The notes under the pieces were generated by a model, which ran no database searches, had not been told where the DNA came from, and saw nothing but the letters and a program-made list of their open reading frames with translations. Positions 12,693-25,125 of a stretch of 33,000 nucleotides of DNA are shown here, in pieces. The stretch comes from Octopus sinensis. Its lineage: Eukaryota. The stretch is from assembly GCF_006345805.1 (NCBI RefSeq), contig NC_043011.1, forward strand, positions 18,209,464-18,242,463. The letters are read 5' to 3'. The translations under genes and the position numbers were made by a program. The first letter of the stretch is position 1. Each line of letters starts with the position of its first letter.

Positions 12693-13290
12693 GTCTCAGA
12701 TATTTATATGCATGTGTTTCTTCCGCTATCACTTTAGCTACTACAATCTATGTTTAGAAATTTTGACCATTATATCTTATCCATCCTTCGTTTTTGAGGT
12801 TTACTACTCACAATTAGCATGCCTCTCCGTACCACATTCTTTATCTATCCTTCCACCTTAGCGCCTTTCAAACATATCACACTACCTCCCACTTATCACC
12901 TCACACATATTTCCTTCCTTACATTCTTATCTCTTCCTCCTATTCCTTTTATCTACTGATAGTTCTACTCTCCCCAACCAATTTACAATATCTGCAGCAC
13001 CATCTAGCACTCCTTTTTACATTTTCTCTTTCTTTCTTTCTTCTTAGCCCCCCACCCACAATCCTTTTGGACAATAACATTTTTCATCCTTCTAAAATAC
13101 TAATCTATTCTCTTCTTTTTATCTACTTCCCCCTACCAGGATATTCTTAACATTTCATTTACTCTACAAGATCCCTTTGATGTAGGGTTATCCTGTAAAT
13201 CCCCGAGACATCTATTAGATTCCCTTTCTCTTTATAAATGACCTAGAAATTTCACAAAACGTTAGACTGCTGCCGCATTATATTTGACAT

Positions 13291-13321
<31 letters not shown>

Positions 13322-13329
13322 AACACACA

Positions 13330-13393
<64 letters not shown>

Positions 13394-13469
13394 TCCTGAA
13401 TTTCTTTTTCCATCCCCTTATGTCTTTAGTCGTCGTGTAGCGAAGTGTGGTATTGTTTGGTGCTATTGT

Positions 13470-13665
13470 ACAGAGATAGAAGCAGTACCATCGATAGCAA
13501 CAATGATAATAATAACAACAGCTACGGAAGTATCCCTAACAGAAATACCAGTACCACAAGCCCTAATGATATCAATAACACTGGCAACTGTATCTCTCAT
13601 CTCAATAGCACCGATGACAGCTCCAACCACACCATCTGTAATCTACGTGGCGTGTCTCTTCTATG
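13470..13665 (+). mobile_element. Asn/Ser-rich PLE ORF fragment
   Basis: 13470-13634 matches 24375-24539 at 158/165 nt with no indels; followed by TICNLRGVSL, resembling the NLS..L motif upstream of PLE reverse transcriptases. Confidence 0.65.
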
Positions 13666-13734
13666 CGTTATAATATCTTAACCTCTATGTTATTAACCAA
13701 GCCTTAATGTTTTACTTGAACATGTTGGTAGAGC

Positions 13735-14737
13735 ACTGACAGTTAACCTGTGGGTTCATCCTATATACTATAAAATTGTTCACCGTACATGGAGATCCAT
13801 CAAAGGAATAAGATCTACAGATCAGGGATTTTATGGGGATCGAGGCATCGCTACTACTTTAAAAGTAGATTTACATTATCTAATGATTTTCTTAGCGGTA
13901 TGCTAGGTCGCCGCCATGGCTATTATCAACGAACAGGACACTCTGGTATTATTTTTGTCACACCAGGAGCTGGGCAGATCTACCTTTTCCTCACCCTCTG
14001 TGACAGTCTTGTACTTAACCCTGTCTCCTTGGTACACTTTAATCCAGTACTTTGGTTTTAGCCAGAGCATTGCACGCGGTGGATGAAATGTATGAGTCTT
14101 TCCAACTCTCCAGGGTCGTACGTGCGCGACACATTCCTCATCACTCACACCCAGTCTGCAATTAGAATATTGAACTTAGCGTTGTCTGTAATATTTGCGT
14201 TCTCGTGGACCAGGTATTAAGAAGTCATGAATTTGGCATAATGGGAATAAAGGATCTTCCCAGACAGAGTACTGTGTCTAAAACCGGTAGCTTATAATTC
14301 GGGTGCGTGTTAGGATAGTCTATTGTTACTTTAATATGCTGGTGGATGGATTTAGCCTTGACTCCTTTGAACACTTTAATCCTGCCCCTTTGATTGTAAC
14401 CAGAGATTGTCATGCGGTAGATGAGATGATGTATGTCTTTCGAATTATATAGCGCCGCACGTGCGGTATACAATCCACACCACTCTCACCAAGTCTGCCA
14501 TTAGAATATTGCACTTGACGTTGTCTGCAATAACTGCGTTCCTGTGGACGAGGTATTTCGAGCTAATAGGCTTTTGCATAATGGGAATATAGGATTTGGA
14601 ACTTACTATCCTTAGTTTCCAGTCAAAGTCTCTAAAACTAGTAGCCTATAGTTCGGGTAGTCTATAGTTACTTTAATACTCTAGTGGGTGGAGTTCGATA
14701 TTTGCTGGATGCTCTCCATAGTGCTAGCTTCTTGATC
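13735..14737 (-). mobile_element. Penelope-like reverse transcriptase (late palm/thumb/linker) remnants, with the thumb block present twice
   Basis: Minus-strand motifs with stops and frameshifts: TMESIQQISNSTH*SIKVTIDYP, KPISSKYLVHRNA...NILMADLVRV, IKVTIDYPNTHPNYKLPVLD, VMRNVSRTYD...FIHRVQCSG, SVLFVDNSHGGDLA. Confidence 0.8.
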
Positions 14738-15095
14738 ATAGACATTATATTGTAGGGGTGCTTCGGCCATAATGTTTATATCTGGCCCAGAGCTACAGAG
14801 ACCCTAGAAAATGAGGATCGGCTTTGAAAGATGCGGTGGTTGCGAGTACCATAGTTTGATAACAAAATATACGTCGAAGAGGAAACTGCAGTCATCGGTG
14901 TCAGTAAGAATTTATGGTATGTTGGGATAGAATACTCAAAGAGAGATTATCAGAGAGCTCCATAAAACTAACCATGTACTTCAGCTGTGTCAATGATATC
15001 AACAAAAGGTTTTCAAGGCAGCAGTAGGCCTCACGAGGCACATCCGCTTCAATAAAAGATGATTACCGTTTTATCATACTGAACACTCATTTGTT

Positions 15096-15136
<41 letters not shown>

Positions 15137-15170
15137 ATCTGTCTAGTTATCTATCTGTCTATGTATCTAG

Positions 15171-16950
15171 GTCGAATTTATCAATGGCAAAATTAGTAAA
15201 CTATCGAAAGAGCACATTAGTAAAAAACACCATCTCGCCTGGAAATCCATCAACGACCTATCAGGCAACAATTCTGGGTCATCAATTAGAATTAAAGGGG
15301 GATCAGCTAAGAAGCGTTTAGAAAATTGGTCAACCCATTTTAAAAACCTCCTTGGGAAGAATGCCAAAATCCCTGATAACCCCACTCTCCCAAGTGTGCC
15401 TATATCAGACACGCTGGACATCAACACCTCCCCTTTTACCATATTTGAACTAACAGCAGCCACCAAGCAACTAAAAGCCTCGAAAGCATTTGGTCCCGAC
15501 AACATTCCGGCTGTGATTTGGAAGGATGATAGATTTCACACACTTTTGCTTAACCTCTGCAACCACACACTTTCCACCTTTGTCGCTCCAAAGATTTGGC
15601 ACCAATCTCAAATCATTCCAATACCCAAAAAAGGCGATTTGCCCCTCGTCACCAACTACAGGGGCATATCTCTAATGTCAATTGCTGCAAAACTGTACAA
15701 TAAACTGATCCTAAATCATCTTGTCCTTTTTGTTGAACCTTTGCTCCGAAAGAACCAAAATGGATTCAGACATGGGCGCTCAACGCTGAGCCAGATACTA
15801 TGCCTGCGCAGACTTATTGAAAAATCAAAAGCATTTAATCGCGATCTTGCAATGGTATTTGTAGACTTTTCTAAAGCGTTCGATTCTGTAGATAGGTACA
15901 AGATGTTTGAAATCCTTAAGCTCTATGGGATACCAGACAAAATTATTTCTGCCATCAAGGTCCTCTACACAGATACGTCTTCAACCATCTTAACCCCTGA
16001 TGGAGAAACATCATCTTTCTCGATCGAAGCCGGAATACTGCAGGGAGACACACTCACCCCATTTCTTTTCATCATTGTTGTTGATTATGTGCTACGTATG
16101 TCAGTTGATACCATCTCTGGCAAGGGCTTTGAAATAAAACCAAAAAGAAGTTCCAGACACCCAGCTGAGTACTTGACAGACACTGACTTTGCTGACGACA
16201 TCGCTCTTATCAGTGATTCTCTCTCCAATGCCCAGTCTCTTTTACAATCTCTTGAACAAGCCTCAAATTGTGTAGGTCTTTACCTCAATGAGGCCAAACC
16301 TGAATACATAAACAAGTGCCTGTCCAACAGTGATTGCATCATCCACACTCTCAACAGTGCACCTTTAAATATGGTTTCTGATTATAAATATCTTGGGTCA
16401 TACATATCATCATCTGGAAAATACTTTCTAACTAGAAAGGGTATGGCCTGATCAGCCTGTAATGACATGCATAAGATCTGGTCATCAAATCTAAGTAGAG
16501 ACTTCAAACTTGAAATATTCAAAGCCACAGTCGAACCAATCCTACTATATGGCTCAGAAACCTGGACGTTATCAAAGAAGCTTGAGAGGCGGTTGGATGG
16601 AACCTACACTCGCCTCCTTATGAGAGCTCAAAATCTGTCGTGGAGGCGCCATCCCACTAAAATGCAAATATATGGGAAATTACCACCTGTGTCATCTCTT
16701 GTGAAAGGTAGGAGAGTCCAGTTTGCTGGACATTGTTGTAGAGCTGAAAAAGAAGTAATTTCTACTCTTCTCCTCTGGAAGCCATCTACTCGCAACACCA
16801 GAGGGCGCACGCTCTCCTACCCTGATTTAATCTCCAGGGATACAGGCATCCAGCAACAGGACCTCCGTAATGCTATGATGGACCGTGAAGTCTGGCGCAA
16901 CATAGTAAATTCCATTGTCTCGACCACGGTCGAACAATGATGATGATGAT
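15171..16950 (+). mobile_element. 5'-truncated RTE-clade LINE; RT frame 15171..16940 with one premature stop
   Basis: NYRGISL, QNGFR, FVDFSKAFDSV, GILQGDTL, DFADDIAL, YKYLGS. ORFs 15396-16451 and 16467-16940 share one frame separated by TGA at 16449-16451. (TGA)n tail at 16938-16950. Confidence 0.93.
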
Positions 16951-16976
16951 TATCTATCTATCTATATATTGTTTAA

Positions 16977-17256
16977 TTCTTTTATTCTAGTATTTGTTTC
17001 AGTCATTTGACTCCGGCCATGCTGGGCGACCACCTTTAGTCGAGCAAATTGACCCCTGGACTTGTTGTTTGTAAGCCTAGTATTTATTCTATCTTTAGCC
17101 GAACCGCTAAGTTACGGGGTCGTAGATACACTAGCATCGGTTGTCAAGCGATGGTGGAGGGACAAATGCAGACACACAAACATACACACACAAATACGCA
17201 CGTACACACACACACATACATACATACATCCATATATATATATGTATGTATATATA

Positions 17257-17324
<68 letters not shown>

Positions 17325-17466
17325 GATATATATAAATACATATATACGACCGTCCTCGGTGAGTTTCCGTCTACCAAATCCACTCACGAGGCTTTGATCG
17401 GCATGAGGCTATGCTAGAAGACACTTGCCGAAGGTTCCACGCTGTGGTATTGAATCCGGAACCATG
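16977..17466 (-). mobile_element. tRNA-derived SINE with internal (CA)/(TA) microsatellite, 5'-truncated head
   Basis: Minus-strand order: partial head (catggttccggattcaatacc), linker, microsatellite 17180-17345, body, tail gtcaaatgactgaaacaaatactagaataaa. Confidence 0.88.
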
Positions 17467-17476
17467 CTACTATATA

Positions 17477-17516
<40 letters not shown>

Positions 17517-18240
17517 CACCAACCCACCATATGTATATGCGCGTGTGTGTGAGTATGTTTGTGTGCATGTACGTATATATACCTAGATCGATCCATATAT
17601 ATACTTATATGCTTGTGCCTCTATGTGTATAGGTATGTGTCCATACTGAAAGAGAGAGAGAGAGAGAGTGAGAGTATGTGTGTGTGTAAATTTGAGAGAG
17701 GGAGAAATTGAGTGGAGAGAGAATAAATCGGAGAGTTCTAAATTTATACAGATGGGGAAATCGGATGGACATAGAGGATATATATATATATATATGTATA
17801 TATTTCTATTATGGAAACAAACAAATAAATACATAGTGAAGTTGCAACGAATCCTCAAAATATCTTTTAATATTATTTTAACATTTTAACCCCTTCATTA
17901 TAGACCTGAAACAAAGTTATATTTAGAAAATCTGAAAACACAACGAAGCAGACATTATCAGTGAAACAGATATTATGAATCAAAAGAAAATTTCTGAAAA
18001 CCAATCTGTATTTAATTTTGTGCAATATATGTTATTTTACAGAGAAGGATTTGTATAGATTATACTTTTATAAACATAACTAATTGACTTATATTAATTA
18101 ATTATAGATGTCGTTCCGTAGTTTTACAATTGTGTATGGGGCATATTTTTGGCCATTTATATCCACACATGCCAAAACATGCACACTCTAACATACAAAA
18201 AGACATGTATGTTTATATGTGCATTCATATAGTATCTCTC

Positions 18241-18317
<77 letters not shown>

Positions 18318-18406
18318 TATATATACTTGGATCAATTCATTACGTAAAAAATCTTCAAGACGTTATTCCTGACTCGCCCTAGTCTGATGAATGAAACAAC
18401 TAAAAG

Positions 18407-18477
<71 letters not shown>

Positions 18478-18489
18478 TATATATCCCTT

Positions 18490-19085
18490 TGTACAGCTAC
18501 ACCTCGAATACTTCTGCCCCCGTGGTATTCACATACAGAATAAAATATTTCGAAAATGAAACTCCCCAGAAGTCATTCACTATAGGAATTAAGGGCATGA
18601 CTTACCTTCATTATTGGGACCGCCTTACAGCATTGAAACTTTAATTTCTCCAGTTCCGCCGTGACAGATATATAGTTTACACGATGTGGATAATATATCA
18701 CTGGCGTTGCCAAAACGACATCAACACTAGGTTCAACATTTATTCAATGCTAAGACCACGGGCCATACGTCCGGAACCCACTTCTGTGTCATAACACATA
18801 AATGCATTGTAACACAACTTCTTTCCCTCAACAGGCCCTGCCCTACTTAACATTCCGAAACAGATCAAGGAACAAAAGGATCCCATCACCTCTAAACAGA
18901 ATCAGGACAAATTTGTTCAAGGAATACAAGATAAGCCTGGATACAAATCACTCGACAAGAACTCCCTATTCGATTGAATCATGATACCACAAAACTTGAC
19001 TTAGCTAATCCTATCAGATGGTGCTATTAAGTTAGGCATGGCCTAGACCAATCTTTGGTCGAAACATCTAAGTTATTTAAGTTTT
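18490..19085 (+). mobile_element. CR1/L2-like LINE 3' fragment (RT C-terminus plus 3' UTR)
   Basis: HLEY..., QKSFTIGIKGMTYLHYWDRLTALKL*FLQFRRDRYIVYTMWII; 3' UTR ggtgctattaagttaggcatggcct...gaaac shared with 21570-21612. Confidence 0.85.
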
Positions 19086-19220
19086 ATACTTATATATATC
19101 GTGTTTCTGACGTGAATTTGGTACCCAGGTTTCGGTTAAACGAATTTTCCATGCTAACGATAAACATAGGATAATTCACTCATCTATTTAAATATATATA
19201 TATATATAGTATATATATGT

Positions 19221-19297
<77 letters not shown>

Positions 19298-19964
19298 CCA
19301 AACACAACTTAATATGCAAACTCCTCGTTGATCAAACTTCCTTTCTCTCTCTCCCTCACTCTTCATGGATGGACTAACACAAATATATAAAGATACCATG
19401 CATTCATCACTTCAAGCTAAAACTTATATTCTTTAAATATCATTTTTACTATTGTTGTTATTACTATCATTTTTATTATAAATGATATGACAATTTGAAA
19501 TGCAATTGTCTATGCAGATTTATATAATTAGAAAATAATATAAATAAAGTGTTAAAATCTGAAAGTTAAGTTAACAAGCAATTATATAAAAAAGATAACG
19601 CAAATGAAGCTAAAATGATAATTTTATAATTTGAGTTTTATTGAAGAACTCAAAAGAGTTGTCTCCCCTTACTCACAACACAGGAACTGAAGAACCAGGA
19701 CCACAATTACTACTACTTCCTGTCCTGCAAACATGCTGAATTTAATAACACAACACATGCTCTTAATCCCTTTGGATCTTAACACCTCAAGGTATTTTTT
19801 TCGTAAACAACCATAAAACTCAAGATACACAACGAACTCACAATGTATCGGAGAACTTATTTTTTAATTTTTGTACAATTTTATTATTATTCTTTTACAA
19901 AAAACAATGCAATTTTCTTTTTTTCCCCTTTCTAATTAAAAAAAAAACTTTTTTAAAACATAAA

Positions 19965-20005
19965 TATTCTTGACAAGTCATACAATGACGAAAACCGGTT
20001 GAATA
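19965..20005 (+). ncRNA. Degenerate minimal hammerhead ribozyme (PLE-type)
   Basis: tattc-TTGACAA-gtca(tacaa)tgac-GAAA-accggt-t-gaata followed by AATAAA; all three stems pair, but the core has 2 substitutions and there is 1 extra A. Confidence 0.45.
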
Positions 20006-20097
20006 AATATATATTATATATTTTATCAATTTCTCATTTTATTAAAATTTTCTTTCATTTGAGCATTCTGCATTTTTAAAAATAAATTTGGCCTTAC

Positions 20098-20289
20098 TAT
20101 ATATATATATATAATATATAATATATATATAAATATATAGATATATATGTAAATATATATATGAATATATATAAATATATATATATATATAATAAATATA
20201 TATATATATTATATATTATATATATATATAATATATAATATATATATATATATTAATATATATATATAAATATATATATAAATATATAT

Positions 20290-20330
<41 letters not shown>

Positions 20331-20455
20331 TATATATATATAAATATATATAAATATTATATATATAAATTATATATATAATATATATAAATATATATAT
20401 ATATAAATATATATCTATATATATATAAATATATATATATAAATATAATATATAT

Positions 20456-20500
<45 letters not shown>

Positions 20501-20578
20501 TATATATGTAAATATATATATGAATATATATATATATATATAATATATATATAAAATATATAATATATATATATACAA

Positions 20579-20645
<67 letters not shown>

Positions 20646-20667
20646 ATATATATAATATATAATATAT

Positions 20668-20734
<67 letters not shown>

Positions 20735-20962
20735 TATATATATATATTATAATATATATATATAAATATATATAAATATATATATATATATGTATACTAT
20801 ATATATATATAATATATATTAATATATATAATAAATATATATATAAATATATATAATATATAAATATATATATAAATATATATAAATATATATATATATA
20901 TAAATATATATCTATATATATATAATATATATGTATATAAATATAAATATATATATATATAT

Positions 20963-20994
<32 letters not shown>

Positions 20995-21006
20995 ATATAT
21001 ATATGA

Positions 21007-21037
<31 letters not shown>

Positions 21038-21038
21038 A

Positions 21039-21075
<37 letters not shown>

Positions 21076-21161
21076 CAATATATATATATTGTATATATAT
21101 TATATATATATATATAGATATATATATATTATATATATATATTATATATTATAATATATAT

Positions 21162-21215
<54 letters not shown>

Positions 21216-21229
21216 TAATATATATATTA

Positions 21230-21262
<33 letters not shown>

Positions 21263-21326
21263 TATAATATATATATATATATGAATATATATATTATATA
21301 TATTATATATATATATATATATATAT
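20098..21326. repeat. ~1.2 kb degenerate (TA)n tract
   Basis: Almost pure A/T alternation with AA/TT phase shifts. Confidence 0.97.
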
Positions 21327-21638
21327 CCAAAACAAAAATTGCACTCTCATCTCATAACAACAATACGGCACAATTATTTCACCTCAATTGGCCCCGCTCT
21401 CTTTAACATTACACCAAAACACATTAAAACAGAAACTGACCCTATAGGGTTCAAGAAGTCTTTGGACAGATTCCTTCAAGAAATCCCGGATATGTCTCTG
21501 TAAACAATAACTCTCTACTTGAGTGGGCCATAGTGCCCAAATTCCGACTTGAAAGACTTCACCAGGTGGTGATATTAAGTTAGACATGGCCTGGGCCAAT
21601 AATGGCCGAAACCTATCAAAGTATCAAAGTATCAAAGT
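21327..21638 (+). mobile_element. CR1-like LINE 3' end, copy 1
   Basis: FTSIGPALFNITPKHIKTETDPIGFKKSLDRFLQEIPD; 3' UTR stem-loop; (ATCAAAGT)3 tail. Confidence 0.85.
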
Positions 21639-22049
21639 ATATATATATATATATGTATATATAAATATATGTATATGTATATATATATATATGTACATAT
21701 ATATATACATAAACACATACACATGCACACGCACACGCACACGCACACTCACATACACATACAAACACAGAGAATGAAACACACACAAACGCACACGCAT
21801 ATATATATAAATGAAAAAAATAAATAACAATCGGATGATGCATATTCAATACAATGTGCGTTCCTAAATTAGCCCATGTACTGATAATATATTCAGTTTG
21901 GTTCAATTAATTATATGCAGAAACTGAATATCGTTCTGTCTATACTTATGTTCCATCGTTTTTATTCGACTGTAGTTGCTATGTATGCAATTCAACTTCG
22001 ACCTGACCGGTGCGTTTCCATTTAAGCGCTTTATTCATCGAAGCCTTTA

Positions 22050-22114
<65 letters not shown>

Positions 22115-22122
22115 ATATATAT

Positions 22123-22186
<64 letters not shown>

Positions 22187-22192
22187 TATATA

Positions 22193-22239
<47 letters not shown>

Positions 22240-22246
22240 TATATAT

Positions 22247-22279
<33 letters not shown>

Positions 22280-22591
22280 CCAAAACAAAAATTGCACTCT
22301 CATCTCATAACAACAATACGGCACAATTATTTCACCTCAATTGGCCCCGCTCTCTTTAACATTACACCAAAACACATTAAAACAGAAACTGACCCTATAG
22401 GGTTCAAGAAGTCTTTGGACAGATTCCTTCAAGAAATCCCGGATATGTCTCTGTAAACAATAACTCTCTACTTGAGTGGGCCATAGTGCCCAAATTCCGA
22501 CTTGAAAGACTTCACCAGGTGGTGATATTAAGTTAGACATGGCCTGGGCCAATAATGGCCGAAACCTATCAAAGTATCAAAGTATCAAAGT
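22280..22591 (+). mobile_element. CR1-like LINE 3' end, copy 2 (part of the tandem duplication)
   Basis: Identical by eye to 21327-21638 at offset 953. Confidence 0.85.
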
Positions 22592-22999
22592 ATATATATA
22601 TATATATGTATATATAAATATATGTATATGTATATATATATATATGTACATATATATATACATAAACACATACACATGCACACGCACACGCACACGCACA
22701 CTCACATACACATACAAACACAGAGAATGAAACACACACAAACGCACACGCATATATATATAAATGAAAAAAATAAATAACAATCGGATGATGCATATTC
22801 AATACAATGTGCGTTCCTAAATTAGCCCATGTACTGATAATATATTCAGTTTGGTTCAATTAATTATATGCAGAAACTGAATATCGTTCTGTCTATACTT
22901 ATGTTCCATCGTTTTTATTCGACTGTAGTTGCTATGTATGCAATTCAACTTCGACCTGACCGGTGCGTTTCCATTTAAGCGCTTTATTCATCGAAGCCT

Positions 23000-23065
<66 letters not shown>

Positions 23066-23165
23066 ATATAAGTTCAGCAAGATTTAGATTCAGAAGAATA
23101 TGGTACTTAAGTTAAATGCACCAGGATTTTGTATGGTATTATCCATATAAATCAAATGGGGTGAT

Positions 23166-23417
23166 TATAATCAAAATAAACAAGTATATCCAAGGTTGAG
23201 TAGCACAATTGTTTCATGCTACTTCATTTTATTAAATACTGTAAGTATTATATCAGTTTTAAAATGTCGAGCAATCTTAAAAGTTGGGCAATAAGTGGCT
23301 GACGATTGCTCGACATTTTAAAACTGATGTAATACTTACAGTGTTTAATAAAATGAAGTAGCATGAAGCAATTGTACTACTCTACCTTGGATATACTTGT
23401 TGCTTATTTTGATTATA
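23166..23417. mobile_element. Foldback MITE, ~110 bp arms, TA-flanked
   Basis: Left arm 23166-23276 is the reverse complement of 23304-23417 with a few transitions, one transversion and a 3-nt indel; 27-nt spacer. Confidence 0.88.
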
Positions 23418-24072
23418 TATATATCACATATATACATATATAGTGTCTATGAACCTATGAACTGACAGCGAGTGTGTTAGTACATGTCAGTACATGGACA
23501 CTGATTTTTGAGGCTATAAGTGTTTTTGAATCCTGTTTAAGAATGCACTCTCTGTGTAAAAGAGTGGCTATTAGTGACAATAGAAGTTTTCTCTTTCGGC
23601 TTTATATTGCGTCTACCCACCTTTGTTATTTTATATAGATAGATAGGTATTTAGGTAGAGTGGCAGATAGTTTGTTAGATAGATATGACCGGTACTTGGG
23701 TTTACCCTGTATTTCATGTCCACATAGCGCCCAGTTTCACAGCGCTTCTTCAGACACTAGGCCTATGTCCCTCTAGCAACAAGCCTCTCTCGAAAATTGA
23801 GAGAAGAAGACTTAGTTACGCATTTTTAACAGACACAACTTAAGGGTCTTTATTGCTGTGCCCCGAATATTAAGAGTACTCTAGTTAACACGCGTAGACC
23901 ACGAAAGTAGGCGAGATGCTCATGCCAGGACAACAACAGATTCCCAGTACGAAGCTATTTCGAAACCCAGTGAGGAGTCTATGCGGCTGAGGTGACTGCC
24001 GACACTAGCAGCAGCAGCTCCACGAGACTCCGGCAGGAGGTGGTGGCGACCCCTGTTGTATTCTTTCGCCTC

Positions 24073-25125
24073 AATTTTCTCTCACTCTTTCCTCCTGTTT
24101 CTTGTCCCAGACTTCCTACGCAACCACTAAACCTGGATGCGGATTCATCCATCCGTCGATGCTCTCGGTATCGGGGGTTGACCTTTCTCTTCTGCGGGTC
24201 TTACGAATAGCAAAGGACCACGTTTCTAACTTCTCCCGTCTTGTGAGCTCTGGGACGAAGACCGTTCCCTCAACAACAACAGCAACAGCAGCAGCAGCAG
24301 ATACAGTAGCAACTTTCCTAATGATTATTAGAGCAGGAGGAATGAGAGTAACAATAGCAACAACGGCAACCCAAACAGAGATAGAAGCAGTATCATCGAT
24401 AGCAACAACAATAATAATAACAACAGCTACGGAAGTATCCCTAACAGAAATACCAGTACCACAAGCCCTAATGATATCAATAATAATAGCAACTGTATCT
24501 CTCATCTCAATAGCACCGATGACAGCTGCAACCACACCAATGATTATAGCCATAGCACCACCAACAGCAGCGCCGCCACCGATCATGTCCCATACGCCAG
24601 TATTAACGGCACCGACGCTGGCACCAATATCAACACCAGTTTTAATGACGGCAACACCGATACGAGCAACAACAGTACCAACAATAGTGGTAGCAACAGC
24701 GTCAACATCAATCCAGCCAACAGTCATACACGGAGATACATTGGATTTCCGGCAACTCATTCAAGCAGCCCCTCTCCAACCATAGATCCTCTTTCAGGAT
24801 CCCGGAAAGGAGATACACTACGTTTTTAGGCAGCCATGTTTGGCGGCAGAAGGACAATGAAACGTAATATCATGGAAGATCCTAGAAAATGCAAGCCCCA
24901 ACATAACGGACCAAGGCGTTGTGAACTGTGCATAGTCGAACAAACGATGATATCAAAAGACAGCCTCGTCCCGGGAACACCCTTAACTCTAGTACGGAAG
25001 TCTTCGGACTCTGCTTCCATTTCAGGAAATTCCTTTTAGGATCCTGTGGTCCACACGATAACAGAGTCAGTTACGCGTTCCGGTCAGAGGGAGACAAAAG
25101 CCGGATGTAGAGAGAACAATAAAGT
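24073..25125 (+). mobile_element. Internally deleted Penelope-like element (N-terminal Asn/Ser-rich region joined to endonuclease C-terminus; RT absent)
   Basis: YIG at 24737-24745, then (frameshifts) SFKQPLSNHRSSF...FLGSHVWRQKDN, ISWKIL, RRCELCIVEQ, LNSSTEVFGLCFHFRKFLL; AATAAA near 25118. Confidence 0.8.

Larger units (their letters stand above)
21327..23001. repeat. Tandem duplication: 722 bp unit x2 (21327-22048, 22280-23001) separated by (TA)n
   Basis: Identical ORFs in the supplied track at offset 953; no differences seen by eye. Confidence 0.95.

Noticed and set aside
14980-15060. Zinc-finger-like KVFKAAVGLTRHIR plus AATAAA (possible LINE C-terminus)
   Set aside because: Too short and broken to assign
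18380-18402. tagt-CTGATGA-at-GAAA-ca-acta hammerhead-like motif
   Set aside because: Stems II and III essentially absent; no UH site
23725-23770. Minus-strand CTGAAGA...GAAA hammerhead-like motif
   Set aside because: No stem I, poor stem II, G at the H17 position
24102-24785. Overlapping 227-aa (+) and 214-aa (-) hydrophobic ORFs resembling mucin or membrane proteins
   Set aside because: Shifted and antisense readings of AAY/AGY-rich triplet sequence, which lacks stops by construction
25075-25110. Possible hammerhead remnant at the PLE 3' end
   Set aside because: Core nucleotides not recognisable
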